From the NCBI RefSeq assembly GCF_002087085.1, contig NZ_MWQY01000012.1, positions 1-64,000 of the forward strand: a DNA stretch of 64,000 nucleotides. Direction: 5' to 3'. Position numbers and translations under genes: made by a program. Of the stretch, positions 60,862-64,000 are shown piece after piece. The notes beneath the pieces were generated by a model. That model saw only the letters and a list, made by a program, of their open reading frames with translations. It did no database searches and was not told where the DNA came from. Position 1 is the first letter of the stretch. Each line of letters starts with the position of its first letter.

Positions 60862-61665
60862 ATGAGTATAATGAATAGAAACAGAATCGGATTAATCCTG
60901 GTAGCGGGCATATTCTTTCTCGGAGGAGCTTTCCAGGTCTTTGGAAACTCCTTCAGCCTGGAAGAGAGCCGCCGGATCCTCAGCATGGTGGACGCCCTTG
61001 TCAGCTACGAGGAGTACGATTTTTCCGGAGAATACACGATCATCGACGATAAACCCGGCCAGGGGACAAGCCGCACAAAAACGACGATTTTCAGGCGTGA
61101 CCGGCAGAATACCTACACCATCATCGTAATGGAACCGGACAGCGACAAGGGAAAGGGCTACCTCCGGCAGGGCGACATGCTCTGGCTCTACGACCCGGTT
61201 CCCCGCAGGTTTACCGTAACCAGCGCAAGGGACCGGTTTCAGAACAGCAACGCCCGGAATTCGGACTTTACCAAATCAACCCTTGCACAGGACTACCGTA
61301 TTATCGCCCACAGTACCGAGAAACTCGGTGCCTACCATACGGATGTGTACGACCTTGAAGCCCTGACGGATGAAGTGAGCTACCCGAAGATGAAGATCTG
61401 GATTGACCAGGACAATCTTGTACGGAAGACGGAAGACTACAGCCTTTCCGGCCGGCACATGCGGACCACCGCCATTCTGGATTATACCCGCATACGGGAC
61501 AGATATGTTCCCGTCCGTATCGTAATTCAGGATGAGCTGCGGGGACGGGAGGTCAACGGGCAGTTCAAGAATTACCGGACCCTTATCTCCGTGGCGAAAC
61601 CTTCCTTCCAGGAGCTTCCTGATATGGTCTTTACCAAGGCCTACATCGAACGGGTCAGTAACTGA
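60862..61665 (+). CDS. Outer-membrane lipoprotein-sorting (LolA-like) protein
   Basis: Signal peptide; PDSDKGKGYL...LWLYDP...NSDF; C-terminal LPDMVFTKAY. Confidence 0.75.
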   Translation: MSIMNRNRIGLILVAGIFFLGGAFQVFGNSFSLEESRRILSMVDALVSYEEYDFSGEYTIIDDKPGQGTSRTKTTIFRRDRQNTYTIIVMEPDSDKGKGYLRQGDMLWLYDPVPRRFTVTSARDRFQNSNARNSDFTKSTLAQDYRIIAHSTEKLGAYHTDVYDLEALTDEVSYPKMKIWIDQDNLVRKTEDYSLSGRHMRTTAILDYTRIRDRYVPVRIVIQDELRGREVNGQFKNYRTLISVAKPSFQELPDMVFTKAYIERVSN

Positions 61666-61668
61666 TCC

Positions 61669-62970
61669 GTGGGACGGCGCATTGTAACCTTAGGCCTTAT
61701 TGTTGTTGGAGTCTGTTTTTTTTCCGCCCCCCTCCTGTATTCCCAGCAGAATGACCAGGAGCAGGAGAGCGTAAATATCGATGACCTCTTCGATATGGAC
61801 CCCGAAGAGGTGTGGGACCCTGACGAGAATGCCCCAAAAGAGGAAGAGCCGGCAGGGATAGACCTTGAAGAGCTGACCACCGCTCCTCCGGATATACGGG
61901 GAGTCGTCAATGCCGGTGTCGGTCTCGGTATAGGACTGATCGAATGGCCCGGGAGCAATGAGGCCGACGGTCGGAGTACCCAGGAACTGACCCGCTTTTC
62001 CGGATTTTATTCCACAACCTCGGCCATAACCGTGGATGCCAGGCCGGAACCTCATCTAAGGTTTCACGGCAGCCTGGAAACCTCCCTTGATGCCGATACC
62101 CTGGAGTTCAAGAATCCCTATATCAGCGAACTGTTTATTGATTATACCCTGAACAATACCTTTTTCTTCCGGGTCGGAAAGCAGGAGCTTACCTGGGGGC
62201 AGGCCCTTCTGCTGGAGAATCCCGCCGACCTTGTATATCGTCTGGACGAAGGCGTGGGCGTACGGGGATCTGCTCCCGTGGGTCCGGGAACCGCGGAAGC
62301 TGTGGTCTACAGCAAGGCCAGATGGATCAGCGAGGATTTTGACAATACCGATCCCCGGGCCTTCGCGTACGCCGGTCAGTGGGCCATGAGCAGAGGTTCG
62401 TTTTTTCTGGGTTTCTCCGGGCATTACAAGATGAAGGATGATGAAGAAGGCGATCTGGCTACTGCGGCCTCCCTCTCTTTCGGTCTTGGACCCTTTGCCG
62501 TGGCCGGCGACTTTGTACAGCACTGGAAAACGCCGGAAGAGCTAGAGCCCGCTGACTGCTGGGATGCTCTGGGACAGATCATCTGGCAGAGTCCGAATCA
62601 GAGCTGGACTATTCTGGGAGAGTACTGGTTCGACTCCGAGATTATTGATTACAGCGGGCATTATGCCGGCCTGGGAATAAAACCGCCGAAGATATTCGGC
62701 AACAAGTGGCAGCCAGGTTTTACCTGGAAGCATGCCTTTCAGGACGAGTCGGGAGAAGTGGTGCTTGCCATGAGCGGAAAAGTCGCCCCCAACCTGCGGC
62801 TGACCCTGGGCGTTCCGGTTATCTACGGAGCGCCGGGTTCGTATTACCGGGAGGAGCTTGTCGAGCAGGTGGAAGAGGACGAGGTCCCCCTGGAATCCGA
62901 TGATGCCCGTATTCCGGTGGATAATGTGGTGAGTTTTCTGATCTCGTTGAGTTTCAGTTATTCATTCTAA
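61669..62970 (+). CDS. Hypothetical exported, possibly outer-membrane beta-barrel protein
   Basis: Signal peptide, RVGKQELTWG, alternating C-terminus ending LSFSYSF. Confidence 0.65.
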   Translation: MGRRIVTLGLIVVGVCFFSAPLLYSQQNDQEQESVNIDDLFDMDPEEVWDPDENAPKEEEPAGIDLEELTTAPPDIRGVVNAGVGLGIGLIEWPGSNEADGRSTQELTRFSGFYSTTSAITVDARPEPHLRFHGSLETSLDADTLEFKNPYISELFIDYTLNNTFFFRVGKQELTWGQALLLENPADLVYRLDEGVGVRGSAPVGPGTAEAVVYSKARWISEDFDNTDPRAFAYAGQWAMSRGSFFLGFSGHYKMKDDEEGDLATAASLSFGLGPFAVAGDFVQHWKTPEELEPADCWDALGQIIWQSPNQSWTILGEYWFDSEIIDYSGHYAGLGIKPPKIFGNKWQPGFTWKHAFQDESGEVVLAMSGKVAPNLRLTLGVPVIYGAPGSYYREELVEQVEEDEVPLESDDARIPVDNVVSFLISLSFSYSF

Positions 62971-62984
62971 AAAGGGTGTAATTC

Positions 62985-63719
62985 ATGAATAATCCCGAGA
63001 ATCAGGTAAAGGAAAAGAGTAAAAACGCAGCCCCGGCCACGGAGCTGAGCAGCGTCTGGAAGATATACCACCTGGGAAAGACCGAGGTTCCCGCCATAAA
63101 GGGGGTGGACCTCAGTATAAAAGAGGGTGATTTTGCAACCATCGCCGGGCCCAGCGGCAGCGGAAAATCGACGCTGCTGAACCTTATCGGCTGCATCGAC
63201 GTACCCAGCCGCGGGGAGGTAAAGGTCGTTGGACACGATACCTCCTCCTTGAGCGACAGCGAGATAACACGGCTCCGTCACAGGGCCATCGGTTTTATTT
63301 TTCAGTCCTTTAACCTGATGCCGGTGCTGAACATCTACGAGAACGTGGAGTTTCCCCTGCTGCTGGGGCCCAAACCCCCGCCCAAAGCGGAACGCCGGGA
63401 ATACGCGGACTACCTTATTGAGCAGGTGGGGCTTACGGAGTGGCGTAAACACCGGCCCAACGAGCTCTCCGGCGGCCAGAGGCAGCGGGTGGCAATCGCC
63501 CGAGCCCTGGTTACAAAACCCTCCATAGTCCTGGCGGATGAACCCACGGCAAACCTGGATTCGAAGACCGGTACAGCCATTATCGAGCTTATGAAAAGCA
63601 TAAACGCCGAGCTGTCCACAACCTTCATATTCTCGACCCACGACCCTACAATCGTGGATATAGCAGACCATGTCATACGCCTGCACGACGGCGAGGTTAC
63701 CGAAGAACTGCGGCGGTAA
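62985..63719 (+). CDS. ABC transporter ATP-binding protein (LolD-like)
   Basis: [24 protein letters not shown]. Confidence 0.9.
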   Translation: MNNPENQVKEKSKNAAPATELSSVWKIYHLGKTEVPAIKGVDLSIKEGDFATIAGPSGSGKSTLLNLIGCIDVPSRGEVKVVGHDTSSLSDSEITRLRHRAIGFIFQSFNLMPVLNIYENVEFPLLLGPKPPPKAERREYADYLIEQVGLTEWRKHRPNELSGGQRQRVAIARALVTKPSIVLADEPTANLDSKTGTAIIELMKSINAELSTTFIFSTHDPTIVDIADHVIRLHDGEVTEELRR

Positions 63720-63867
63720 GCGGAGTTTTATTGCCGAGGCGCTGAGGGTGCGGAGAGGAAACTACTGGGGCTATTTAGTAGTTCTCTCGGAATAAATTCA
63801 GGTATATTTGAAATCAGGAAATGATTCTTCGGGTTGTATAAGGAATGAACAATTCGAGGAGTTTTAG

Positions 63868-64000
63868 GTGGGAGATCCGGCAATGACCATTGGTCCTGAA
63901 GAACTGCAGAAAATCGGCGATTATGTGCGGCTGCATCTGGCTGAATGGATGGGGAACGTCCGCAGCGAACGGGACACTGGCCTTATGGAACGGTCGATCA
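63868..64000 (+). CDS. Partial hypothetical CDS running off the window
   Basis: GAGGAG RBS, then GTG...MTIGPEELQKIGDYVRLHLAEW, open to the window end. Confidence 0.45.
   Translation, partial: MGDPAMTIGPEELQKIGDYVRLHLAEWMGNVRSERDTGLMERSI

Noticed and set aside
63733..63790. Possible solo copy of the GxxExxY-type repeat (CGCTGAGGGTGCGGAGAGG) with hairpin
   Set aside because: Similarity is weak and there is no matching second arm or linker; it may just be a terminator-like hairpin.

Overview
Replication-origin region of a bacterium, most likely a free-living spirochaete (Spirochaetaceae-like). The evidence is gyrB-gyrA divergent from dnaA, the order dnaA-dnaN-recF-dciA-rpmH-rnpA-yidD-yidC-jag, a spirochaete-type L34 and tRNA-Arg(GCG). 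The core carries gatCAB-aspS, dnaX-ebfC-recR, SRP RNA, five tRNAs, parAB with two parS sites, oriC (DnaA boxes plus DnaA-trios), SAM-cycle genes (ahcY, metK, adenosine kinase, metF), a nucleotide-sugar/dTDP-rhamnose operon and two ABC systems. Three accessory features stand out. (1) An integron-like locus at about 1.08-2.75 kb: an IntI-like tyrosine recombinase lacking the IntI-specific insertion, an attI-like site, a complete promoterless cassette ending in a non-canonical attC-like hairpin, and a second cassette broken by an IS256 remnant. (2) A GxxExxY (PD-(D/E)XK-like) gene inside a tandem array of eight ~130-bp hairpin repeats bracketed by two parS sites, plus a second GxxExxY gene with its own 9-bp-periodic inverted repeats, suggesting a REP/RAYT-like nuclease-repeat system. 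(3) Structured, covarying elements inserted in duplicated tRNA-Ser 3' ends. dnaX also has an A10 slippery run whose two shifted frames both stop quickly. All calls come from reading motifs by eye; no database searches were run.
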